Shown: positions 1-7,987 of the stretch, piece by piece
Numbering within the stretch: the stretch's first letter is position 1
Layout of the letters: each line of letters opens with the position of its first letter
Origin: Promethearchaeum syntrophicum
GTDB taxonomy: Archaea; Asgardarchaeota; Lokiarchaeia; Sigyniarchaeales; Promethearchaeaceae
DNA: 32,000 nt
Assembly: GCF_008000775.2 (NCBI RefSeq)
Contig: NZ_CP042905.2
Coordinates: 660,001 to 692,000 of the forward strand
Direction: 5' to 3'
Translations under genes and position numbers: made by a program
The notes under the pieces: model-generated
Seen by the model: the letters and a program-made list of their open reading frames with translations, nothing else
Databases searched by the model: none
What the model was told of the DNA's origin: nothing

Positions 1-1176
1 GAATGGGATAGTGGTATGAGTATGAGAAAGGCAATTTACAAACTCTACCCTCAAGCTATCCCCTCAACTTATGTACGTGATAAGAAAGTATGTATTACTT
101 GTCAAACGTGTGTTAATTTATGTCCTGTAGGAGCTGTAGATTTCTCAATGAAGAAAACTATAACTACTGTCAAAGTTGGCTCAATAATAGTAGCAACGGG
201 ATATGATGAATACGATCCTTCTGAAATTGAACCATATCATTATGGACAACCGGGTTATGAAGATATAATTACACAATTACAGTTTGAGAGGATGTTAAAT
301 CCTGTTTCGTTAACGGGGTCAAATATTTTACGACCATCTGACGGTAGCGTTCCAAAACGAGTTGTTATGATACAATGTGTGGGGTCGAGAAATGAACAAG
401 TAGGAAACGAATATTGCACTGGTGTTTGTTGCATGTTTGGAAATAAGAACGCGCAAATGATTAAAGAAATCAATCCTGAAACGGATGTAATTATGTGTTA
501 TATCGATATGAGAACTCCTGGAATATATTATGAAGAATTTTATAAAAAATCTCAAGAGATGGGAATAAAATTCATTCGGGGTAGACCTTCAGAAATTGAA
601 AGAAATCCTCTTACTGGTGAATTAACTGTGATCGTTGAAGATACATTATCATTATCACCAATGGAAATACAAGCAGATATGATCGTTCTATCTGCAGCTA
701 TGGTTCCTCCAAGAGGAATTGGTCCACTTGGGTCAAAACTTCAAATTCTACGAATGAAGGAAGGATTTTTCAAAGAATTCCATATTAAAATGAACCCAAC
801 TAAATCTTCAAAAGATGGAATTTTTTTGGCAGGAGCTATTCAGGGTCCAAAGGATATAACACAGTCTGTCGCACAAGCGGGTAGTGCTGCAGCTCTTGCA
901 GCTGCCCCTTTAGTAAGAGGGTATATAGAGAAAGAGATGATAATTCCTTTAATTGATCATGTAAGTTGTACTTTATGTGGAGCATGTAAAACTGTATGCC
1001 CATTCGGAGCCTTAGATATCAAGAATGAAAAATTGGAATTAAATGAAGTTGCTTGCAAAGGATGTGGCTTGTGTCAACCGATTTGCCCAACTGCTGCAAT
1101 CCAATTGATAAATACACGCGAAGATGAACTTTATGATGAAATTGTAGGAATTACAGGAGGAATTACAAATGCTTAG
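1..1176 (+). CDS. hdrA: Heterodisulfide reductase subunit A (HdrA), C-terminal about 390 aa; 5' end lies outside the window
   Basis: Frame 1 is open from base 1 (EWDSG precedes the first Met at 16), so the gene is truncated by the window edge. HdrA hallmarks: CITCQTCVNLCP, VGSIIVATGY, CVGSRNE..YCTGVCC, GIFLAGAIQGPKDITQSVAQAGSAA, and two C-terminal 4Fe-4S motifs CTLCGACKTVCP and CKGCGLCQPICP. Confidence 0.9.
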   Translation, partial: EWDSGMSMRKAIYKLYPQAIPSTYVRDKKVCITCQTCVNLCPVGAVDFSMKKTITTVKVGSIIVATGYDEYDPSEIEPYHYGQPGYEDIITQLQFERMLNPVSLTGSNILRPSDGSVPKRVVMIQCVGSRNEQVGNEYCTGVCCMFGNKNAQMIKEINPETDVIMCYIDMRTPGIYYEEFYKKSQEMGIKFIRGRPSEIERNPLTGELTVIVEDTLSLSPMEIQADMIVLSAAMVPPRGIGPLGSKLQILRMKEGFFKEFHIKMNPTKSSKDGIFLAGAIQGPKDITQSVAQAGSAAALAAAPLVRGYIEKEMIIPLIDHVSCTLCGACKTVCPFGALDIKNEKLELNEVACKGCGLCQPICPTAAIQLINTREDELYDEIVGITGGITNA

Positions 1177-1582
1177 TGAACAAAAAGATGTTCTTGCCTT
1201 TATGTGTGCTGAATGTGGTCAAGGTGCTGCAGTCACTGCAGGTGTTGCTAGATTAAAATATGATACTTCTGTCAAAATCATTCGAGTAAAGTGCAGTGGC
1301 TTAGTAGGACCTATCCAAATAATGGATGCATTAAAAAATGGAGCAGATGCAGTTGCCGTAATTGGTTGCTGCTTTCAGGCTTGTCATTTTTTCAATGGGA
1401 ATTTTCTTTCTATGCATCGAATAAAACTTATGAAAAAGCTCTTTAAGGAAATGGGATACAGCGATCAAATGATTAATCATTATACTGCTCGAGCTGCGGA
1501 AGGTGAAACTGCTACTGGGGATTTTGAAGATGCTATTGAACGTTTGATGAAAGCAGAAGAAGAAGGAGGAACTTTTGCATGA
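1169..1582 (+). CDS. mvhD: MvhD/FlpD-family [2Fe-2S] protein (methyl-viologen-reducing hydrogenase delta-subunit-like)
   Basis: 137 aa with the family Cys pattern FMCAECG ... IRVKCSG ... AVIGCCFQACH. The start overlaps the hdrA stop by 8 nt (ATGCTTAG). GGAGG lies about 9 nt upstream. Confidence 0.85.
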   Translation: MLSEQKDVLAFMCAECGQGAAVTAGVARLKYDTSVKIIRVKCSGLVGPIQIMDALKNGADAVAVIGCCFQACHFFNGNFLSMHRIKLMKKLFKEMGYSDQMINHYTARAAEGETATGDFEDAIERLMKAEEEGGTFA

Positions 1583-2835
1583 AAATTGGGATTTTTCAAT
1601 TAAATGGTTGCAATAAATGTTTCAATGAAACAATTTTATTAGATAAACACATAAAATCTAAAAATGAAATTTATAGAATAAAAAATTCTGAAATTGAATC
1701 ATGGTCTGAGAAAGAGCTTGATTATGCAGTTGTAACGGGGTATATAAAACCAGAAAACCATGAATTTCTTCAAAATTTATCTAAAAATTCAAAAAATATA
1801 GTGGGATATGGAAGTTGTGCAACAACAGGAGGAATTTTCGGGTTAGCTTACCAAAATGGATATAAAATCTCACCAATCGGAAAAATAATCTCAGATGCAG
1901 CAATTGTTGATGGGTGTTTGGGTGAAATTGAAGAATTATCTGAAATTTTACAAGGTAATCCTTTATCAAATGATAGCAATCTATGTAAATCTTGCGCACG
2001 AAAATCAACATGTGAATATCTTGATGAAGTAGTTCGTCAAATTGATCCTCAAGATGATATCGAGAGTTGCTATAATGATTTCGGATATATGTGTACAGGT
2101 TACATTGCCAAAGCATGTAAAGAAATGTGTGTCAACTATGGAACTCCTTGTCGAGGTTGTAAGCCATCAATAGATCGTGCTGGGTTTAGAATGTTAGGAA
2201 TGTTTGGAACCCTCATGGGAAATATAGAAGTGGCCACAGAAGCAACTGGTAAAGGTGGAACAGATAAATTAGCTGATGTAGATGATGATATTACAAGAAG
2301 TATTCCCGATATTACTGGTAATTTCTTTAGATTTAATCTTGCTAATTCAGTTTTACCAATTGGAAGAATTCAATCTAATGGATCTATATTGTCTGACATA
2401 TTTATTGGACGACCGATTGAGGAATTACCCCTTATTTCAGGTTGCATGGGAGGGAACAACTTCATTTCAATCACTTTGGATTTAATTCAAGCCTATGAAA
2501 ATGGTTTAGGTGATGATTTACCAGTGAGTAAAAAGACAACAGAATTACGAAATTCTTTATTATCTTTAGAGAAGGATTTAAATTCGGCTTTAAAAGAAAG
2601 TAATATTGAACAATATGAAACTATCACTAATCAAATTAGGAAACTTGCAGGAAACATGAATCTATCAAATCTATTTTTTGGAGGATTCAAAGTTCCAATT
2701 GAGGGTAGTGATGATTTTGAGGAATACAAGAAAATTATTTTTGAAAATATAGAAGGCGATTATCAAAATGGTCAAGTTAAGTATTCTCTAGATAATCAAG
2801 GATTAGTTACCAAATTTGAAATCTTGGAGGCATAA
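1579..2835 (+). CDS. [NiFe]-hydrogenase small-subunit-like (MvhG/FrhG/NuoB-fold) iron-sulfur protein with an unassigned C-terminal half
   Basis: The N-terminal about 200 aa carry MKIGIFQLNGCNKC, YAVVTGY, GYGSCATTGG and DGCLGE (a proximal-cluster-like Cys pattern). This is followed by Cys-rich CKSCARKSTCEY and CTGYIAKACKEMCVNYGTPCRGCK. The C-terminal about 200 aa have only one Cys and no motif I recognise. ATGA start/stop overlap with mvhD; GGAGG upstream. Confidence 0.7.
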   Translation: MKIGIFQLNGCNKCFNETILLDKHIKSKNEIYRIKNSEIESWSEKELDYAVVTGYIKPENHEFLQNLSKNSKNIVGYGSCATTGGIFGLAYQNGYKISPIGKIISDAAIVDGCLGEIEELSEILQGNPLSNDSNLCKSCARKSTCEYLDEVVRQIDPQDDIESCYNDFGYMCTGYIAKACKEMCVNYGTPCRGCKPSIDRAGFRMLGMFGTLMGNIEVATEATGKGGTDKLADVDDDITRSIPDITGNFFRFNLANSVLPIGRIQSNGSILSDIFIGRPIEELPLISGCMGGNNFISITLDLIQAYENGLGDDLPVSKKTTELRNSLLSLEKDLNSALKESNIEQYETITNQIRKLAGNMNLSNLFFGGFKVPIEGSDDFEEYKKIIFENIEGDYQNGQVKYSLDNQGLVTKFEILEA

Positions 2836-2837
2836 AA

Positions 2838-5297
2838 ATGAGTTTTGAATTATTAAAAATGGAAATTATTGATGCGGGATTATGTCAAGGGTGTGGTCTC
2901 TGTGCTGGGTTATGTAAACATATTGAAATGGTTGATTTAAAACCCGCGATTGTTGATTATTGCATAGTAACAAAAGAAGGATTAGCATGTGGTAAATGTT
3001 ATGATCAATGTCCTCAAATTACCCAAAAACAATTGAAAGTGAAAGAATCTCCAATAGATATTGTAGCTTTGAAAACTGCTGATGAAAAGATCCTTGAAAA
3101 AGCGGCTAGTGGAGGGTTTGTGACAACTTTGAACAAATATCTTCTTGATACTAAGAAAGTCACACAATTAATTGAAGTAAGAGATTTAGGAGGGATTCCA
3201 GAAGGGGAAATCACTACTGATCCTACAAAGGTTCATCAATATGCAGGAGTTGCATACGGTAGATCTGGATCCTTACAAAAATTAGTTGAAGTTTTAGGAG
3301 TAGAACATGGGCAAATTGGTATCGTTGGCGTCCCTTGCGAAATACGTGGAGCAGCAGAGTTAGAAAAACAAAATAAGGCAGATATTTTTAAAATCGGTCT
3401 TTTTTGCAATGCAAATATTAGATCAGGCGAACGAGATGATAATGGAGTTGTTTTTTCCCCATGCCGTCGAATGTGTCCTGCTGGTGTTGACGCATCAGGA
3501 TATGTTAATTACATCCGACAAGGTAAATTTCAAGAGGCTGTAGATCTTATTAGAGACATGAATCCTTTACCTAGTGTATGTGGGCGGGTATGCACTCATG
3601 AATGTGAATATAATTGCACATTAATAGGTACGAATCATCCTATAGCAATACGGGAATTAAAGAAATTTGTCACAGAATGGGAAATGGATTTAGAGAAGAA
3701 AAACTGGAAAAATCCAAAAAAAGAAGAAAATGCCAAAAAAGTTGCAATTATTGGATCTGGTCCCTCTGGGCTTTCATGTGCATATTATTTAGCTAATAAA
3801 GGTTATCGTCCAACAATATTTGAAAAAACAGATAAACTAGGCGGTATGTTAAGGTTTGGGATTCCAAAATTCAGATTACCAGATGAAGTCTTAGATTATG
3901 ATATTGAATTTATTAAGAGTGCTGGTGTAGAATTTAAGCTAAACTCTCCGATAGGTCCAAATTTAACATTTAATGATTTAAAAAAGCAAGGATATGAAGC
4001 GTTTTATGTAAGTTTAGGTCAATACAAACCTAATACTTTACACCTTCCAGGCGAAGATTTAGAGAATGTTCATATGGCTATTGATTTTCTAATGAAAAGA
4101 AAATATCGACATTGGGAAAATTTAGACGAATTCAAAGATAAAACAATTGGAATTGTTGGTGGTGGTCCTGTGGCAGTCGATGTTGCCCAAACAGCTCTTC
4201 GCTTAGGAGCAAAAAAAATAATTCTAATTGATATACAAAATGAGAAAGCTTTAACTATGGTTATTGCAGATATTCCTGAAAATGAGTATAAATTTATGGA
4301 GTACAAATTCAACACTTCAACATCCAAATTAACCCAAGAAGGGGATAAAATTCGGTTTCATAGTCACAAAATTAAAATTGACACAACAGATGGTAAATTC
4401 AAATTGGATAAGATTGAAGGAACAGAATTTACCTTTGATGTAGATAGTGTGGTTATGGCAGTGGGGCAATCTGTTGATTTTACGGAATTTGATAAAGCTC
4501 TCTCCCAAGAAATAAAAAAAGTTCGAGGAAAAATCTTGGTTGATGAATTAACATTTGAAACTAATGTACCTGGAATTTTTGCTGGTGGTGACATAGTAGT
4601 TCGCGGGAAAAACGTAGCCGTAGCAGCAATCGCCCATGGAAGAGAAGCTGCTGAATCAATTAAACGCTATTTAAAAAATCAAGATATGACAAAAGGTAGG
4701 ATGGATAGAACTACAATGTTTTTCCATGGTGCTCTCTCAGCGCCTGAAGATGTTTCTCAAAAACCACCTTTAGAAGTACCTGTGGATGAGACTTGGACAA
4801 ATTTTGAAGAATTTGAAGGGAAATTTACAAAGGAAATGGCAATGAATGAGGCAAATAGATGTTTTACGTGTAATTACTATTGCACTCATTGTCAAGATTT
4901 TGGTGCAATTCACGCCGATTTAACTGCGGGTGATATTGGTTCTGATAAAGATTTTACAACCGTTGTAATTTGGACTAAAAAAGGATATCGTGTGGTACAA
5001 GATATGATTAAAAAAGGTTTAGTGATCGAAGGACCAGTCCAAAAAGAGGCAGTTGATTTAGCAATAGATAAGAAAATGAAGCGAAAATTAATTGAACACG
5101 CTAAAACTCCTCGAGAGAAAATTGAGCAATGGATTAAATTAAATGGATCGGCAACGATACCAAAATTAAGTGAAATCCTCGATATGCCTGTTACAAATAC
5201 TCGTTATAACGCTTTACGATTAGCTCAGGAAAAGAAATTAAGTATGGAAATTATTGATGGAAATCCTGTTTTTTCAATAATGGTAGAAGAAATGTAA
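2838..5297 (+). CDS. Fusion flavoprotein: FrhB/FdhB-like module interrupted by a GltD/NfnB/SudA-like NAD(P)H:FAD oxidoreductase module, plus a C-terminal winged-helix-like tail
   Basis: - FrhB-like N part, aa 1-190: CQGCGLCAGLC, CGKCYDQCP, AASGGFVTTL, IGIVGVPCEIRG, IGLFCNA.
- GltD-like part, aa about 205-615: CPAGVDASGYVNYIRQGKFQEAVDLIRDMNPLPSVCGRVCTHECEYNC; Rossmann motifs KVAIIGSGPSGLSCAYYLA and IGIVGGGPVAVD; GIFAGGD..AIAHGREAA.
- FrhB-like C part, aa about 675-735: EANRCFTCNYYCTHC, HADLTAGDIGSD..TTVVIWTKKG.
- Tail, aa about 755-819: resembles a wHTH.
- Starts 2 nt after the preceding stop; GGAGG upstream. Confidence 0.7.
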   Translation: MSFELLKMEIIDAGLCQGCGLCAGLCKHIEMVDLKPAIVDYCIVTKEGLACGKCYDQCPQITQKQLKVKESPIDIVALKTADEKILEKAASGGFVTTLNKYLLDTKKVTQLIEVRDLGGIPEGEITTDPTKVHQYAGVAYGRSGSLQKLVEVLGVEHGQIGIVGVPCEIRGAAELEKQNKADIFKIGLFCNANIRSGERDDNGVVFSPCRRMCPAGVDASGYVNYIRQGKFQEAVDLIRDMNPLPSVCGRVCTHECEYNCTLIGTNHPIAIRELKKFVTEWEMDLEKKNWKNPKKEENAKKVAIIGSGPSGLSCAYYLANKGYRPTIFEKTDKLGGMLRFGIPKFRLPDEVLDYDIEFIKSAGVEFKLNSPIGPNLTFNDLKKQGYEAFYVSLGQYKPNTLHLPGEDLENVHMAIDFLMKRKYRHWENLDEFKDKTIGIVGGGPVAVDVAQTALRLGAKKIILIDIQNEKALTMVIADIPENEYKFMEYKFNTSTSKLTQEGDKIRFHSHKIKIDTTDGKFKLDKIEGTEFTFDVDSVVMAVGQSVDFTEFDKALSQEIKKVRGKILVDELTFETNVPGIFAGGDIVVRGKNVAVAAIAHGREAAESIKRYLKNQDMTKGRMDRTTMFFHGALSAPEDVSQKPPLEVPVDETWTNFEEFEGKFTKEMAMNEANRCFTCNYYCTHCQDFGAIHADLTAGDIGSDKDFTTVVIWTKKGYRVVQDMIKKGLVIEGPVQKEAVDLAIDKKMKRKLIEHAKTPREKIEQWIKLNGSATIPKLSEILDMPVTNTRYNALRLAQEKKLSMEIIDGNPVFSIMVEEM

Positions 5298-5318
5298 AAT
5301 TATAAGAAGTGAAATAAA

Positions 5319-5555
5319 ATGAACTATGACGCAACATTAGATACACAAGGTTTGGTATGCCCTGTTCCAGCATTAAAAACCAAAAAGCAATTAGGTAAGA
5401 TGAAACCTGGTCAAATCTTAAAGGTCGTAACAGATTATAAACCAGCAAGTGAATCAGTGCCCAGAGATTTAGCTAAAACAAAGCATAAGTTACTTGGTGT
5501 TGAAGAAGATGAAGATGAAGAAATTTGGGAAATTTATTTTGAATGTGTCAAATAA
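5319..5555 (+). CDS. tusA: TusA/SirA-family sulfur-carrier (sulfurtransferase-like) protein
   Basis: 78 aa. LDTQGLVCPVPALKTKKQL contains the conserved CPxP active-site Cys motif. PGQILKVVTD and the overall length fit TusA. Starts 21 nt downstream of the fusion gene. Confidence 0.8.
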   Translation: MNYDATLDTQGLVCPVPALKTKKQLGKMKPGQILKVVTDYKPASESVPRDLAKTKHKLLGVEEDEDEEIWEIYFECVK

Positions 5556-5601
5556 AAAAAAAAAAAATTAAATTTCTCAATACTATTCGGTTCTATTTTT
5601 T

Positions 5602-6705
5602 TTATTTTTCGATTTTTTCCTCTTTCTTATCATTAATCTCTTGTTTTTCCTCTTTCTCTTTTTGTTCTTTATCGGGTGTATAAAAAAAAGAAATAAAATC
5701 CATACTTTGATCGAAAGCTAAGTGCCGATCTGCTATAGCATCCAGATGAAGCAAATCCCTCATAAAAGCAACATTATTATGCCTTTGAGCAAATTCTTGA
5801 ATATGAGATTTGAAACCCTCGATATTGAGTACATTATAATCTTCAATTAATTTACTGATCTCAAAATTACCCCCTTCTAGAATGTAGGTTTGGAATTGCT
5901 TCCTATCTTTACTTCTTTTCATTGAAATTTTTTCAAAATCAAGACGTAGCATAATGTATATAATTATGAAAACAAACGAAAATTGAATGATATCTGCTGA
6001 TGGATTAACATCGGTTGTAGGAATGATTAATCGCAAGAAAAATAAAATCGGATAGTCATCAATTAAAGCATTGAGTGGATCTAAATTGACTGCAACAAAA
6101 GATCCGAGCCATGCGATCAATGTACACAATATGGTTTTTCCTAAGAAACAAGGAGGAATCGATTTCCAGTATGGATATTTCATCATACCCAAAGGAACTA
6201 GAATGGCATCATCAGGGAAGGGAGTCAATGCGAAAAAGAAGACTGTTAATGGAATTCTGGCTGGTTTTTCTTCGAATTTTAGTTTTATTCGATGAAATTT
6301 CTCTCCCATCTCCGATGATTTCATCTTTTTAGAGGCTCCTATTACCCTTCCAATAATGTAACTAGTAATTTCTCCAACGGCTGCTCCGAGTCCTGATACG
6401 ATTCCTAAAAGAATCCAGTTCGGATAACTTTGTGCGATGTCGTATACAATCAAAATATATGGGAATACAATTAAAATACTAGTATTTCCGAAAGTGGCAA
6501 ATGCAAATGCGGTTAATAGAGCTGTTGTAGATCCAACAGCTATATCGTGCCAGTGCATTGATAATGATGCAATATTATCATAAATCCATGTGTCTTCTTT
6601 AATTATAAAAGCTAATACATACAAAAACGTCAAAATGACAAAAGTAAAAATTTCTAAATTTCTGATACGAAAACGAAATTTTCCAATTCTAAATTTCTTG
6701 TCCAT
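5602..6705 (-). CDS. Integral membrane protein (possible VTT/DedA-YqaA-like domain) with a soluble C-terminal domain and a Lys/Glu-rich tail
   Basis: Several hydrophobic helices, and TPFPDDAILVPLGMM is reminiscent of YqaA/DedA-type VTT domains (weak). The ORF is open to 6786, but that start would overlap the divergent gene at 6768. The Met at 6705 (MDKKFRIGKFRF, basic, just before TM1) is the more plausible start. Confidence 0.5.
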   Translation of the reverse strand: MDKKFRIGKFRFRIRNLEIFTFVILTFLYVLAFIIKEDTWIYDNIASLSMHWHDIAVGSTTALLTAFAFATFGNTSILIVFPYILIVYDIAQSYPNWILLGIVSGLGAAVGEITSYIIGRVIGASKKMKSSEMGEKFHRIKLKFEEKPARIPLTVFFFALTPFPDDAILVPLGMMKYPYWKSIPPCFLGKTILCTLIAWLGSFVAVNLDPLNALIDDYPILFFLRLIIPTTDVNPSADIIQFSFVFIIIYIMLRLDFEKISMKRSKDRKQFQTYILEGGNFEISKLIEDYNVLNIEGFKSHIQEFAQRHNNVAFMRDLLHLDAIADRHLAFDQSMDFISFFYTPDKEQKEKEEKQEINDKKEEKIEK

Positions 6706-6767
6706 GAGTTTATTTTGAAGAAGAGAATTAAAAAATTTTGTAGTATTTATTAATTTACTGATATCAA

Positions 6768-7880
6768 ATGAAATTAATACTACCAATTGCTGGAGTAGGT
6801 CTTAGGTTAAGGCCTTTTACAAGCACAAAACCGAAAGGATTCGTACAAATTGCTGGATCTAGGGGAGTTGATCATATTTTAAAGAAAATAGGATCATCAT
6901 TGCCAGATAAAACACCTATCGCATTGATTACGGGTTATAAGAAACAACAGATTCAGCAATATGTTGAAGAAAACTATTCCAATCAATTTAATCCCTCGTT
7001 TATAGAACAGATCCCAAGGGGATATAATGGAGATATTCCTTATTTTTCAGGTTTAGGCCACGCAATTCTTCTCTCTAAAGAATGGTATGAAAGAACTGCC
7101 GATATCGAAGGTAGATTAAATCCAAATGATTCATTAATCTTTTTAAGTGATATGATCCCTGTAAACAATTACGATTTCATCTTGAAGGATTTAGAAAAAG
7201 AAGATAATGATGGAATAATTGGTTCAATGACTGTCCCGGATGAAAAAACTCGCTTTTACGGGATTATCGAAACGAATAAAGATGGATATATTTATTCTCT
7301 AGTTGAAAAACCTGAGAAAACCAAATCTAATCAAGCTATTGCAGGAGTTTATGCTTTTAAAGCTAAAGCGATGAAAAGATTATATGAAATTTTAGATGAA
7401 CAATATAAAAAACACTTAGATATTATCGATACTCTGGAGAAAAAAGAATTTCAATTAACACCTGCACTTCAACAATTGGTAGAAGAAGGATTTAAATTAA
7501 AAAGTGCCTCTTTTAAAAAGGGTATCTTGGATTTTGGGCGACCTGAAGCGTTATTAAACAGTAATCGAATATTACTTGACGCAATGGATTCAGATTATCA
7601 GAAACATAAAGTTGAAATCATAGATTCAGTAATAATTAATCCTTCAGCTATTGAGACTGGAACAAAAATTGTGCATTCAGTAGTTGGACCTTATTCCAGT
7701 ATAGGAAAAAATTGTGTAATTGAAGATTGTAACCTAAATAATGTTGTTATAGGTGACAATTGTGTTTTAAAAAAAATTATAACTAGGAAGTCTATTGTAG
7801 GAGATTTTGTCCAGATCGAATCCATCATTAAAAATCATATGACAATAGGGGACAACACAACCCTTTATAGCGATTTCTAG
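6768..7880 (+). CDS. Sugar-1-phosphate nucleotidylyltransferase with a C-terminal left-handed beta-helix (GMPP/GlmU-like architecture)
   Basis: N-terminal LILPIAGVGLRLRPFTSTKPKG matches the GxGxRLxPxTxxxPK NTP-transferase signature. The C-terminus has hexapeptide-like repeats (IGKNCVIEDCNLNNVVIGDNCVLKK ... IGDNTTL). Confidence 0.75.
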   Translation: MKLILPIAGVGLRLRPFTSTKPKGFVQIAGSRGVDHILKKIGSSLPDKTPIALITGYKKQQIQQYVEENYSNQFNPSFIEQIPRGYNGDIPYFSGLGHAILLSKEWYERTADIEGRLNPNDSLIFLSDMIPVNNYDFILKDLEKEDNDGIIGSMTVPDEKTRFYGIIETNKDGYIYSLVEKPEKTKSNQAIAGVYAFKAKAMKRLYEILDEQYKKHLDIIDTLEKKEFQLTPALQQLVEEGFKLKSASFKKGILDFGRPEALLNSNRILLDAMDSDYQKHKVEIIDSVIINPSAIETGTKIVHSVVGPYSSIGKNCVIEDCNLNNVVIGDNCVLKKIITRKSIVGDFVQIESIIKNHMTIGDNTTLYSDF

Positions 7881-7987
7881 CAATAATTGTTAATTAGTTA
7901 AGGATAAAACAGATCTCTAAAAAACTTTTATGAAATATTTTTAGGTCCTCGTAATTTTGTCATACTATAAGTCAATAAGCTGATATT

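Noticed and set aside
255-555. Two minus-strand ORFs (72 and 75 aa) inside hdrA
   Set aside because: They are antisense to a gene with unambiguous HdrA motifs, have low-complexity hydrophobic translations, and have no start context. These are shadow ORFs typical of AT-rich DNA.
1781-2116. 111-aa minus-strand ORF inside the small-subunit-like gene
   Set aside because: Antisense shadow ORF. The plus-strand frame carries the conserved Cys motifs.
1-5555. Search for a [NiFe]-hydrogenase large subunit (mvhA/frhA) or a selenocysteine (in-frame TGA) in the Hdr/Mvh operon
   Set aside because: No ORF has RxCGxC or DPCxxC-type motifs, and all five genes are uninterrupted, so there is no evidence of recoding. 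A large subunit upstream of the window cannot be excluded.
6706-6786. 27-codon N-terminal extension of the membrane protein ORF
   Set aside because: It would overlap the divergent nucleotidyltransferase start (6768). The Met at 6705 is followed by a basic stretch and the first TM helix, which is a more typical N-terminus. The extension is not excluded.
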